In this document: positions 36,601 through 48,310 of the stretch, piece by piece
Position numbering within the stretch: position 1 is the stretch's first letter
Layout of the letters: each line of letters opens with the position of its first letter
Source: Macrostomum lignano
Taxonomy: Eukaryota
Direction of reading: 5' to 3'
Length of the DNA stretch: 64,000 bases
Assembly: GCA_002269645.1 (NCBI GenBank)
Contig: NIVC01001322.1
Location: 148,598-212,597 of the forward strand
Position numbers and translations under genes: made by a program
Notes under the pieces: generated by a model
Databases searched by the model: none
Seen by the model: the letters and a program-made list of their open reading frames with translations, nothing else
What the model was told of the DNA's origin: nothing

Positions 36601-39600
36601 TTCTTCGTGATCGGAGCAGTGTCTACTTCACTGGAAGGTTGCACGTTGTCGTCCACTGGTTTGGGCTTGGGGCCAACATCTGGCGCACTCTGGACACTGT
36701 CTTGAGCATTTCCAACGGGCCTATCCTCCTCACTGATTTTTCGTGGGTTTTCTGCCAGCGCCAAATCAGTGGCGATTTCTTTAGCGGGTTCTTTACTGTG
36801 AACTCCGTCCTCTTCATTTATTTTAGGTATTTTCCCGTAAACTTGTTTATCATCCTTCTTTTCTGTGCTCCCATCTCTGCCTTTGTCAATAAAAAGTTTA
36901 TCATCTCTGTCCTTCTCATGGCCAGCTTTCGTTGTGCTGTCTAAGTATTTGTCAGTGCCATAACTGGAATCGGTCTGAGGTTCATGCCCATCAATATATC
37001 CCATCGGCAGTTTATCGCTTTTGTCCCGCAACGACGAGCGTCTCTTTAGACCACGTTTAGTGACGTTCGGTTCACCGAGCTTTGAATATCTATAATCGTA
37101 TTCTGTAGAGTAGCCTAGCTTGTTGGCGCTGGGCCTTTCGCTCCATTGTTCGTAATTCCACTCTTTGCCTTGGCTTGGATCAGTGACAAGATCAGCAAAT
37201 TTGCCTTCGGCTCTGCCAGAATACTTGCCAACCGACACTTTGTCCGTCCAGCCGCCGTACTGTTCCACCAATTCATTGTCTCTTAAGGGATCCGGCATTC
37301 CTGCTTTGTCGAAATCTGCAACATCGTCGTATTTCTGCGAAGTCTTGCTACTGAGTCGATCATGCTGTCCAAGGCTACCTCTCTGATAGTATCTGTCTGG
37401 ATGCTTTTCACCGTCGGGATCGAGCTTTGTGCCTTTAAAGCGATCGTTTAGGTAATCTGGCTGGGCTTTGTTGCGATCATATGGTAGAGCACCTGTCTGC
37501 GGCTGGCTTTCGGGTATTTTGTTGTATTTCGTATCAGTTCTCCAGTTTTCAAACGAAGAGCCGTACTTTCCATACTTCTCGCCCGTGCGAAATTGACCAG
37601 ATTGACCATCATATTCAGTTGGCGCCTTGAACTGATCTCTAGGCCTATGTTTATCAGCCAACGTACCATTAGTCCATTGACCTTCGTTTGCGTCCGCTGC
37701 AGCTGCATAGTCTCTAGGAAGGTGGTTGCCACGTCTCTTGTAATCATTTGGTAAACTTCCCGCTCTTTGTGTTCCCGGATAATTGTCTGTTTCAGGTCTC
37801 AGCTTGTTGCCAGGAAACTGCTGATGCAGCTGCCACGGGGCGTTAAACATCGGTCTCAGGGCAGCTGACTCCAAATCACCTGAGCGCCTTCTACTGCGGT
37901 CAAAACCTTCATGTCGTTGCCGTCTTAAATAGTCTTGTTCTTGCTGCTGCTGCTGTTGTTGCTGCTGCTGCTGTTGTTGTTGATCTTGCAATTGTTCCTG
38001 TTGCTGCTGTTGAAGACTATACCGCCTTGAGCGCCTAGACTTGTCTACCGGCTCGTTACGTTCCATGTAAGCAACAGAGTCATCGGGATGGCAGCAGGTC
38101 GCGTACACGTCCACTTGGTGTCTGTGCCGTGGTTGCTGCAATTCTCCAGGACAATCTGAAACGCACGTCATGCGTCTCGTGTGACAGACCGACGCTTCGT
38201 CTGCAAACAGCAATATGACACAAATTGAGCAATTATTTTACATTGGTCGACGAATAAATAAGAAGAATTAATTACAAAATATTGATGAACCGAATATTCT
38301 TAAAAGTATAAACTTACAACAGTTCGTCCGGCAGTCGACCAATGAGCCTTTTCCAACTCTACCAGCGCATTCCCCTCGGCTGCGCGCTGTCATAACGCGC
38401 TGGTCGCGCCTGATCAGCATTGTTGGAGGGTGCCTGCGTTGTTCCATAGGCTGATCTCTTTGCCTGGAGCAGCAACAGCTGCAGTAGTAGCAACAGTCAC
38501 AAGTAGTTGTTGAACGACCATCTTGACGATCTATTCCGCAATACATTCGACCATCCGAACGTTCGTCGCATTCTTCATTGTCAGACGATTCGTCGAAACA
38601 ATAGGGTTTATGAGGGAAACCGCTGCAATCTTCGGTGCTTTCCTCCTCGGATGAAGACTCCTCACCATCGCGTTTGAGCACGCAGCACATCGGCGACCGA
38701 CTGCAGTCGCTGTCGAAGACAATTTGAACCGCTGTTTGACTGCCGCCTACGCAGTCCTGAACCCGCTGCTGTGCGGACGGTCGCGAGTGTCCTCGAGGGT
38801 GCATCTGTCGGCTCTGGCGCCTTCTACCGCTAGAAAAGCTATCGTACGATTGGGTGCGCCTATTCTCGGCTGGGTGTAAGCACTGCAGCATGGATACAAC
38901 TGGGCCCTGATGGCACTGCCGATTGTTGGCTGAAACTGTTGACAGCTGCTGGCTTAGTCGTGGCTCTCTCTGTCGGCTGCGATCGACTTGATATGTGCTG
39001 CGATTCGATGCACACTGATTTAGGTACTCATAGCTCGACTCGTCACTGCTGTCCACGTAGGCCCCCGTGGTGCCGTAGCAGTTGCTAGTAAAACAGCTAC
39101 AATAACTATAAGCACTTTCGCAGTGTCTGGCTGACTGACTACTGAATATTCTGCTGCTGTCGGTTGGCATTGGCGAATGACGCTTTTTTAGTCCCATCGG
39201 AACAGCATTCGGGTTTGGAGACGGCACTGAATTTGATGCGTAAATGTCGCACCTGGGCGGGCGATGCACTGTGTGATGACATCCAGCTGACTTGACTTCA
39301 ATGTTGTTGGCGTTGTTAGTCGATTCTCTGGGCACAGGGGGTAGCGGGCGCGAGTACTGGGAGCTGGCGAGCGCGAGCTGAAAGGTCCAGAAAAACTTTT
39401 GCTTAAATTCGACTTCGACATCTTTACAGAATCCAGTCGATTTAAGCGTCATTTTGGATATCTACGAGTGCTTTTAGAGACAATGACACGCAGTGAAGCC
39501 CCGAGATGTCTCAAGACCAAAGTCACTCGGCTCCCTGGTGCAGTAGGTGGTCGGCAGAGTTCCTTCTACAGACCAAAAGCTATAAGCGCCTCAAGATCTA

Positions 39601-40047
39601 AAGAGTACGCTATCCGAAATACCTTAATGTCAATCTGTATGTGCTTGCAGCTATTGTACAGTATCGGGAGAAAATTCCCTTCCTCAGTTTGCCGTTATAA
39701 ACCATTCTATAATGGATGCGTACAGTGTATGCGTGTTGTACTTATAATTTGTGGATAGAATCAAACCGCTTTAAGAAAGCTGTTTAAAGCAGAATATAAC
39801 TAATGAGTAGATAAATGTTGCAACATTCTCCACAGAACCTACCAGCTTGACGCTGGCGCAGTGTAGTCCCGTCTCCGCTGTCCAATCCAGCTCGCAGCAG
39901 ATCAGCAGGGCAGCCCGGTAATGAGTAGAGTCGCTGCCGTCGACACACTGCTGCTGCAGCTCGACGCCAGCCGATGCAGCAGCAGCCGCAGCGACTCCGC
40001 CGGGCGGTTCCACTATGTTTGAAATGGGTGGCAGAATCGTCAAGTTT
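27650..40047 (-). CDS. Giant low-complexity/tandem-repeat protein of unknown function (at least 3,466 aa; exons 40047-39843, 39377-38363, 38200-29692, 28322-27650; 5' exon not fixed)
   Basis: Four ORFs join through phase-compatible GT-AG sites (CTG/GTAGG to TTTCAG/CTC; GCTG/GTAGAG to TTTGCAG/AC; GACAG/GTAAG to ACACAG/G). No recognisable globular domain. Confidence 0.8.
28345..29680. repeat. 23-bp intronic minisatellite, about 57 copies, with a ~604-bp higher-order duplication
   Basis: Unit GCTACTACTGTACTGATATCGAG. The rare variant CTACGAGTACT recurs at 28378 and 28982. Confidence 0.96.
29692..38200 (-). CDS. 8,509-nt coding exon of the giant protein
   Basis: Stop-free 2,841-codon ORF, roughly 7 kb of it outside the tandem array, which cannot be chance. 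Bounded by a canonical acceptor and a GTAAG donor. Confidence 0.93.
30445..31935 (-). repeat. 30-bp coding tandem repeat (10 aa: TGQPTGVDGR / TGLPAAVDSR), about 50 copies
   Basis: Visible 30-nt periodicity; 240-bp blocks 30841-31080 and 31081-31320 are identical. Confidence 0.96.
37941..38012 (-). repeat. Poly-glutamine (CAG/CAA) tract in the giant protein
   Basis: QQQQQEQLQDQQQQQQQQQQQQQQ. Confidence 0.9.
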
Positions 40048-42139
40048 CTGATTATAAACTAGTGGAATGGCAGATGAAAATTGCCTCAAAAAATCACTTA
40101 ACCGGCTGATCAAGAAAGTAAGTTGATCAAAGTCGGTTTTAACCTTTTTGTCGCTAAGTGTTTAGCGCAGATCCTATTGCCATAGATATCTCTCGACGAG
40201 CGTAAAATTGAAATTCAATTCATTCAAGCCACTGCGCCCACTGGTATTTTTGGATTTTTCGTTCGACTCGATATCGGTTGGTATCCGAAGGAAGCATACA
40301 CTGTGCATATAAGAAAATAATTAGCATATCATTTTATGACATGTACATGATGGGCATATTGTCCATTTCTTGTGACAGGTTTTTTAAATAATTTACTATT
40401 TACATATCAGGTTAACCTAAGGGTATCTTCAGGTGCCTCCATGTCTACATTCTCCTGATCATTGCATCGCCGAGTAATAATTTAGGCTGAGGATTTTGAT
40501 CTGAGCATTCATACACTACACATATTAATGGGTTTCCCTCTCTCTCTTCAATTCTCTTTCGCCTGTTTTAGAACTATTATATGCATGCTAAAATACCCAA
40601 GATGTACTCAAGTTGAAGGACGGCAAACAATGTTTTTTATTTTTAATGACGCTGGTTTTTACTGCGAATACAATGCGGAAAAAAGTGAATCATTTTTTGC
40701 AGCACAAAGTTTTGATTGCTTTTGATAGCAGACAGGCCCAATGTTTATCTTTTGATGGCTTGCCCTTCTTGTCACTTTAATGTTAATATTCGTAGAGCTT
40801 TTGTTTAGAAAATTAGGAGTATGGGATAGATTTATCCTCTCTAATCTGTGTCAAGAGTTATCCCTATTTTAAAATTATACGGTTTAACTACACATTGTGT
40901 TTAGTACAGATAAACAATTTTTTCAAAGATTTGTTATTTAAAGTTCTTAAAACAATAAATTTTTGTAAAATCTTAAAGAAAAAAACAGTATTTTTACTTT
41001 AAATTTAACTCCTTTGTAATAAGAAAAGTTTTTGATTTGGATATACTCTGGAGACAGCTATATTTTAAATTACTATACATTCTGTCGTGTAACTTAATGT
41101 CTGAGAATATCGAAACTAGGTTAGTTTGGGTTACTTAGCGTTACTAATGCTTGTAAATTTGATAGTAAAAAATGCTCGTTCATTCAGTTATAATAATAAT
41201 TTTATGTCTGTCATGACTCCATGGGTTCAAAGGGGCTATAGTTCCGTTAAGTAGAGGCCAAACAACGTAGTCAAATCTTTTCGTCATGTTATATAGTAGA
41301 CTAGTTAGGCTCTAACAATTTTAGGACTTTTAGGTTTTTACAGGCTTCTATCTTCAGAATTCATGCCTGCCCTAAAAACTTCCTGACTTGTGCAGTAAAT
41401 GGAACCCTCGCATAACATAAGTTTTCAGACGTTTCAGTTCACGAAGAGCACATGCATTTTATTTCTTTTAAAATACTAATATTCGCAGTTTGTGCCTGTG
41501 CTTATGTTATGTTTAGGCTATATTGTTTCTTTACTGATTAGTTATTCAATGCACAATACGGTGAAGTGTTTTCAAGTGGCATTTTTAGTTTTACAGAACT
41601 GTATAGCATAAACTAGATTTTTTACTATTTAATAATGATAATGTATCTATGAAAAATTAAATATTCACTTTAGTTAGTGTTATAGCTGGAATCTGCAAAA
41701 CTTAAAAAAGACTATAATGTAGTAATGATTTAATATACTGATAGAAACTATTGATACTGTAGATTATAAGGTTTTTAATACAAGTTTGTAAAGATTTTTA
41801 TTCTTATAATTAGAGATATTTGTAATCATTATTTTTTGTCTTTTAGAGAATATTCAGTCTAAAAAGTATTGTAAATATTCAACTTTGCCACCTTTGATTC
41901 AGACATAAGGTTTAAAACAATGCTTTAGGATTATCCGACAGAAAATAATGTAGAATTTTTTTAATGAATGAGTAAAATGTAGTTACATAGATACCTTTTA
42001 TTATTAATTTCACAGTTACTACTATAGAACTATTGCCATATTTTACAACCTTGACTTTTAAGGCCGGTGTAATATCTATGGCAATTATTTTTGTTTTATT
42101 AAAGGTTAAGACAAAGCTTTGGCTAATCCGCAGGCCGCT

Positions 42140-45100
42140 ATGACTTTGCCGCCGCCACCGCTGCACATCCGCGGCCTGCCCCAGCCTGGACTGTTCGGTG
42201 ACCTCACCGATCGTCGAGTCGTCTTCGCGCTGGAATCGTCCGCCCGGCTGGCGCTCGTCATGCCAAAAATTCGACAACAAGTTACCGACGCTCTGCTCCG
42301 ACTGGCGCACCGTAGCGGCGAAACCGCCTTCGGCTTGGTGGTTGGCAGCCGGCCGACTGTCTACGGCGCCGAGGACCGGCTGACCGCCGCAACGCCAGAA
42401 TCCGTGGCCGAGGCCGTCAACTGGCTGTCCCAGCAGCCTTGCCGCTCCATCGCTGATCATCTTGCCAGTCTCCTAGCGGCGTTCCGGCCGGCAGACTGTC
42501 AGGCAGTGTGGCTGGTAGCCGGCAGTGCGCCCGCGAGTGCAGCCGAGTCGGAGGCCGTGCTGGATCACGCGGCTTATCTGTCCCGCGGCCGGCCTGTGCA
42601 CTGCGTCTGCCTGCGGCTGCCCGGCGACCAGGATGGCGGGGAGGCAGCCCGGCTGATTGAATTTATGGACCGCCTGGCGGCTGAGACATGCGGCTCACTG
42701 ACTGCTGTGACCATTGATGAGGCTCAGGTGCGAGAGGAGTGGATGCAAGGGAGATACAAGATTTATTAGATGGGAGAGATGAGAGAGACAAAAGAAAGAG
42801 GTGGAGGAGATGTAGAAGAGATGCGGGAGAAAAGCGAGAGAGAGCGGGAGAGATGCGGGAGAGAAGGGGGAGAGAAGCGGGAGAGATGCGGGAGAGATGC
42901 GGGGGGGATGCGGGAGAGATGCGGGAGAGAAGCGGGAGAGAAGCGGGAGAGAGGCGAGAGAGATGCGGGAGAGAAGCGGGAGAGAATTGGGAGAGAGGCG
43001 AGAGAGATGCGGGGGAGATGCAGGAGAGAAGGGGGAGAGATGCGGGAGAGATGCGGGAGAGATGCAGGAGAGATGCGGGAGAGATGCGGGAGAGATGCGG
43101 TAGAGATGCGGGAGAGATGCGGGAGAGATGCAGGAGAGATGCGGGAGAGATGCGGGAGAGATGCGGTAGAGATGCGGTAGAGATGCGGGGGAGATGCGGG
43201 GGAGATGCAGGAGAGAAGGGGGAGAGATGCGGTAGAGATGCGGGAGAGATGCGGGGGAGATGCAGGAGAGAAGGGGGAGAGAAGCGGGAGAGATGCGGTA
43301 GAGATGCGGGAGAGATGCGGTAGAGATGCGGGAGAGATGCGGTAGAGATGCGGTAGAGATGCAGGAGAGATGCGGTAGAGATGCGGGAGAGATGCAGGAG
43401 AGATGCGGGAGAGATGCGGGAGAGATGCGGTAGAGATGCGGTAGAGATGCGGGAGAGATGCGGGGGGAGATGCAGGAGAGAAGGGGGAGAGATGCGGGAG
43501 AGATGCGGGAGAGATGCGGGAGAGATGCGGGGGAGTTGCTGGAGAGAAGGGGGAGAGATGCGGGAGAGATGCGGGAGAGATGCGGTAGAGATGCGGGAGA
43601 GATGCGGGGGAGATGCAGGAGAGAAGGGGGAGAGATGCGGGAGAGATGCGGGAGAGATGCGGGGGAGTTGCTGGAGAGAAGGGGGAGAGATGCGGGAGAG
43701 ATGCGGGAGAGATGCGGGAGAGACGCGAGAGAGAAGCAGGAAAGAGACACAAGAGAGACATTTGAATTGGAATTTTCACTTCACACCATCAGTACACTGC
43801 AGTTCAGTAACTGAGGCTACCCGAGCAAAGCATAAAATTTGTTAACTTCATTCTACTCGAACTTTTCTAAACCCAGTCCATATCTGCCGTGCAACGTCTC
43901 CGCGGTTCCGACGGCCCCGCCGAGCGGATGATTCGCACCAAGGACGGCAGAATTCGCCCAGAACTGGCCACCTGTTCGATCACCACCTGCTTGAGCAGCG
44001 GCGTTGATCCCCTCCTCGAGCCGCCGCTGCTGCCGCCGCCAGCTGGTCTGAAGTCGTTCAGCCGGCACCGACCAGCCAGGGCGTTCATCTCAGCCGGCGG
44101 CGCCAGCGGAGCCGGTGTCCAGTCCCGAAATCCGTTCTGCCCGGCTGGCGGGGCAACCCTGATTGGTCGGCGGGTGCTGGCCAGGAGGCGGGACCCGGCC
44201 GCCAGCGGCTTCTACAGGGGCAAAGTGGTTAGCGAGGTGAGTTGTTAATTCATTCTGTTTAGATAGATTCTGTTTCTTCATCTTAGACTTCACCTTATCA
44301 TTTTTAAAATAGGATTCCAATTGGCATTACTCCCCTGAGCAGGTGCACAAGCGCGCCGATATGTGCGCAGTCATACGCACAGGCACACACACACAGGAGT
44401 GTACAGCGGTCCTAACTTTATTTATCCTTGCGGTTGGCCCTCAAGCTGGGCGTTACTTGCACGGGCAGAGCCAAGCCCAGATTCCAAATTAGCTCCAAAT
44501 TAATGTGACTGCACTTGGAATCGAGTCAAATCACACCAGAGCGCCGCGCTGGACCACTAGGCTACGGCCCCTCACCACTTCAGGGACCAATTCATCGCCC
44601 CATCAGCTCCCAAACAAACCCTACCTAATCATAAAAATCAAAAATGGCACCTTAGGTCGAGCCCGACCTCTTCCTGGTGGAGTTCCCTGCCGACGAGCCA
44701 GACGAAGGCAAGCCGCAGCACCAGGAGACCCGCATCAGCGACATCGTCAGCCTAGACGACGCTCTCCGACACTCGATCGCTCCCGGCGATGCGGTGCTGC
44801 TGCCGCCGTCGCCGGGCTCAAGCGAGCCGGCCAAATTCCAGCTGGGCATCGTGCGGAGCGGCCACGAAGCGCGCGACTTCGCCTCAGCCGGCGCCGACGT
44901 CACGCCGTTAATCGTCGCTGTGACAACCGCTGGCGAGGAAGCCGAAGTAGAAGCTGCCGCTGGCGAGGCCGTATGGATTCCACGCCAGCTGTACGACTCG
45001 CTTCTAGCTGAGAAAGTGGACTCTGACGATTCTGCCAACTCGAAGCAGGCTGAAGTACCACTGAGGACATCCTGCCCAACTGTTATCCTGTATCCGCCAG

Positions 45101-47777
45101 TGAGTTCCAGCGTTATTTTGTTTCATTTTAGAGATTTTTAGCGACCTGGCAGCGTGTCTTGTCGGTATTGACACTCGACTAGTTCAACATCGCTGACAGC
45201 CAAGTTTACCGCATCTGACACCAAGTTCACCGCATATCTGACACCAAGTTCACCGCATCTGACACCAAGTTCACCGCATCTGACACCAAGTTTACCTCAT
45301 CTGACACCACGTTTACCTTATCTGACTCCAAGTTTAGCCCATCTGACACCAAGTTTAGCCCATCTGACACCAAGTTTAGCGCATCTGACACCAAGTTTAG
45401 CCCATCTGACACCAAGTTTAGCCCATCTGACACCAAGTTTAGCCCATCTGACACCAAGTTTACCGCATCTGACACCAAGTTTAGCCCATCTGACACCAAG
45501 TTTAGCCCATCTGACACCAAGTTTAGCCCATCTGACACCAAGTTTAGCCCATCTGACACCAAGTTTAGCCCATCTGACACCAAGTTTAGCCCATCTGACA
45601 CCAAGTTTAGCGCATCTGACACCAAATTCACCGCATCTGCCACCCAAGTTTACCGCATCTGCCAACCAAGTTTACCGCATCTGACACCAAGTTTAGCCCA
45701 TCTGACACCAAGTTTACCGCATCTGCCACCCAAGTTTACCGCATCTGCCACCCAAGTTTACCGCATCTGCCACCCAAGTTTACCGCATCTGCCACCCAAG
45801 TTTAGCCCATCTGACACCAAGTTTAGCCCATCTGACACCAAGTTTAGCCCATCTGACACCAAGTTTACCGCATCTGACACCAAGTTTAGCTCATCTGACA
45901 CCAAGTTTACCGCATCTGACACCCAAGTTCACCGCATCTGACACCAAGTTTAGCTCATCTGACACCAAGTTTACCGCATCTGACACAAAGTTTACCGCAT
46001 CTGACACCCAGTTAACACCTTCGACAGCAAGTTTAGCGCCTTAAAAGCCAACACGCCGCCATTAAGTTTACACTCGAATAATAAAACTATCTATCTTCCC
46101 CCGTCTGACAACTCCCGCAGGGCCTGATGTACGTTTATCCCACAGCGTCACTCGCGGCACCTTTATTGTTGAACAGCGGCTCCGGCAGGGAGTTCCCGAT
46201 TCGCAGTCACCCGGCGCCGCCGCTATACTCTCGCCCGCTGCACCCAGTTGTCCCGGCCTCAGCCTCCGCTCCGCCACCGCCCGTCGATGAAACAGCGGCG
46301 GAAGCGCCGACATCGACGCCCGTGGACGCTCCCACGTCAGTTCCAGATGCTCCGGCCGCCGCCGCCGCCGCGGCCGCTGAACCCGACAACGAGGAGAAGG
46401 CGAGGAAGGAGGCTGCGGATGAAGAGGCCGAGCTACTCGCACTTGACCGCGAGCTGGCCGCCGCTTTGGCCACCAGCGACATCGGAGTCGGCAACTGTCC
46501 AGCCGTTGACGATAAACGTCGGAAGAAACCGACAATGCGGCGTCGACAACGGCCGCCCTGGCGCTACTGGGGCGCCGGCGGCGTCGGCTGTGGCATCAAC
46601 AGCAGCAGCGGAATGCCCGACGTGATCGATCTGCACCCAACTGACCCTCACGTCAACTGGGGCCGATGCGACGTTCTCGAGCATCGGCTGAACCCGGCCG
46701 ACAAGGCGAAGCCTCGACTGCGACCGGACTCGCCGCGCAGGCTGCTGGATCCGCGCCTGTACGACCGGTTCGGCGACCCGGCCGACCATCGGATGACTCG
46801 CGAGCAGGCGGCTGCGTCGGCGTCAGCAGTGAGACAGCAGCGGCGATGGACTGCTGGCCGGGGCGGCTTTGACGACGCTGAGGCGACCGACGCCATACTG
46901 GCAGCTCGGTCCAGGCATCTGGTGGACGCACAGGTGAGGACAGCCAGGGGTCATAGAGTGACTAGGTCATAGAGTGACTAGGTCACATAGTGACTAGGTC
47001 ACAGAGTGAATAGGTCATAGAGTGAATAGGTCATAGAGGGAATAGGTCATGGAGTGAATAGGTCATAGAGTGAATAGGTCATAGAGTGAATAGGTCATAG
47101 AGTGAATAGGTCATAGAGTGAATAGGTCACAGAGTGACTAGGGACCACAAAGTGACTAGGGGGTCACAGAGTGACTCGGGGTCACAGAGTTACGCTTGAA
47201 ACTCATCCTCCCCAGGTTCAGCACGAGCTGCACCGTCTGGACCGTCAGGAGAGGTCGGCAGCAGCGGCGGCCAGTCTGGAGTCGGCAATCAAAGCGCAGC
47301 TGCAGCGCGAGGCCCTGGCAGAGGCGCAGGGCTACAGGCTGGCAGTTCAGGAGGAGCTGCGGCGCGGCAGGTCCGGTGGCTGCCGATTCGATGATCGGAT
47401 TGGCCATTTCAAGGGCGCCTTCCCGGCAGTCAAGATGTCGGAGGGCCGCGAGCGGGTGTGGCAGTCCAGATCTGCAGGTGGAGTCGCGGCCGAAGATGCC
47501 CAGCATTCACGTCTGGTAGAAAATTCCACTGCTCAGAGGTGAGGAACCGCGAGATTTTCGTGATTGAGTTTGAGAAATCATTTTCATGATTGAGTTAGAA
47601 GAATCATTCTGAAACCGCTCTGTCCGCAGGACGGTGGCTCACTGGCTCCGCTACCAGGACCTGATGGACCCTCAGCAGGCCGCCGCCTCCGCCCAGACCA
47701 TGGCTGCCAGACATCGGGACTGCCACTCGGCGCTGGAGTCTCAACGACTGTTGCGTCAGAGGCAAGAAGCAATTTGA
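42140..47777 (+). CDS. VWA3B: VWA + DUF4537 (Tudor-like) domain protein, VWA3B-like (exons 42140-42727, 43877-44236, 44656-45099, 46121-46933, 47216-47538, 47630-47777; about 891 aa; upstream exon possible)
   Basis: VWA_3-like GLFGDLTDRRVVFALESS...AVNWL...AVWLV...PVHCV...LAAETCG. DUF4537-like LIGRRVLARR...FYRGKV / FLVEF...DIVSLDDALRHSIAPGDAVL...AVWIP..Y. All five introns are GT-AG and phase-compatible. Orthology is inferred from architecture. Confidence 0.8.
42780..43740. repeat. 11-bp purine-rich minisatellite in intron 1 of the VWA gene
   Basis: Unit GGGAGAGATGC with variants, roughly 85 units. Confidence 0.93.
45200..46010. repeat. 21-bp minisatellite in intron 3 of the VWA gene, about 38 copies
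   Basis: Unit CTGACACCAAGTTTAGCCCAT / ...TTACCGCAT. Confidence 0.95.
46948..47190. repeat. 16-bp minisatellite in intron 4 of the VWA gene, about 15 copies
   Basis: Unit GGTCATAGAGTGAATA. Confidence 0.93.
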
Positions 47778-48310
47778 CGTTTTTGTTGCGTGATTTAATT
47801 TATACTACTGACTACTTCTACTTCTCGTATTTAAGTAGTGTAAATTTAAAATGTGAATTTTGCTTTCTCTGGCTTTCAAAGTTTAAATTAGGTAGAATCT
47901 CTTAACAAGTTGATTTCCAATTTTCTAAAATTTCCCTATGGCGTCTTCGATGCTAAATGCGCTCCATTTATGTAGCTGAATATATTTTACGAGCGTATTG
48001 TATTTAGTAGCCCCTTTCTATGATGCCGTCTGCTTCAATTGGTAGATTTGCCTATCTATTTATGCATCTAGATATTTTAGTAGAATCATAGACAGTAGAG
48101 TGTGCATATGCATATGATGCTACTAGTACAGGACCACTGCTCACCGGCTTACAATCAAATGTTTTTATATACATTAATAAAAATCACGCCTTCAGTTTAC
48201 TTAAACAGAGAATTTCTATTTTAGCTGTTAAAAATTTTGCAACTAATGCGCTGTTTCGACTTAATACTGATCTGAATTTTTAATTTAACCCCAATATTGT
48301 AGTCCAGGCG

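Noticed and set aside
27650-40047. Giant protein as a known flatworm adhesive or mucin protein
   Set aside because: No signal peptide, vWD/C8/TIL/TSP/lectin domains or PTS/Lys-Arg-rich composition in the exons found.
40417-40442. Candidate first coding exon of the giant gene (MEAPEDTL, phase 2)
   Set aside because: Phase-compatible, but the donor (GTTAAC) is weak and 26 nt is too short to support without transcripts.
42695-43845. Multiple long ORFs (SPASLPHLSRI / RERCGRDAGEM) in the 11-bp array
   Set aside because: Repeat-generated, open on both strands and inside a well-defined GT-AG intron.
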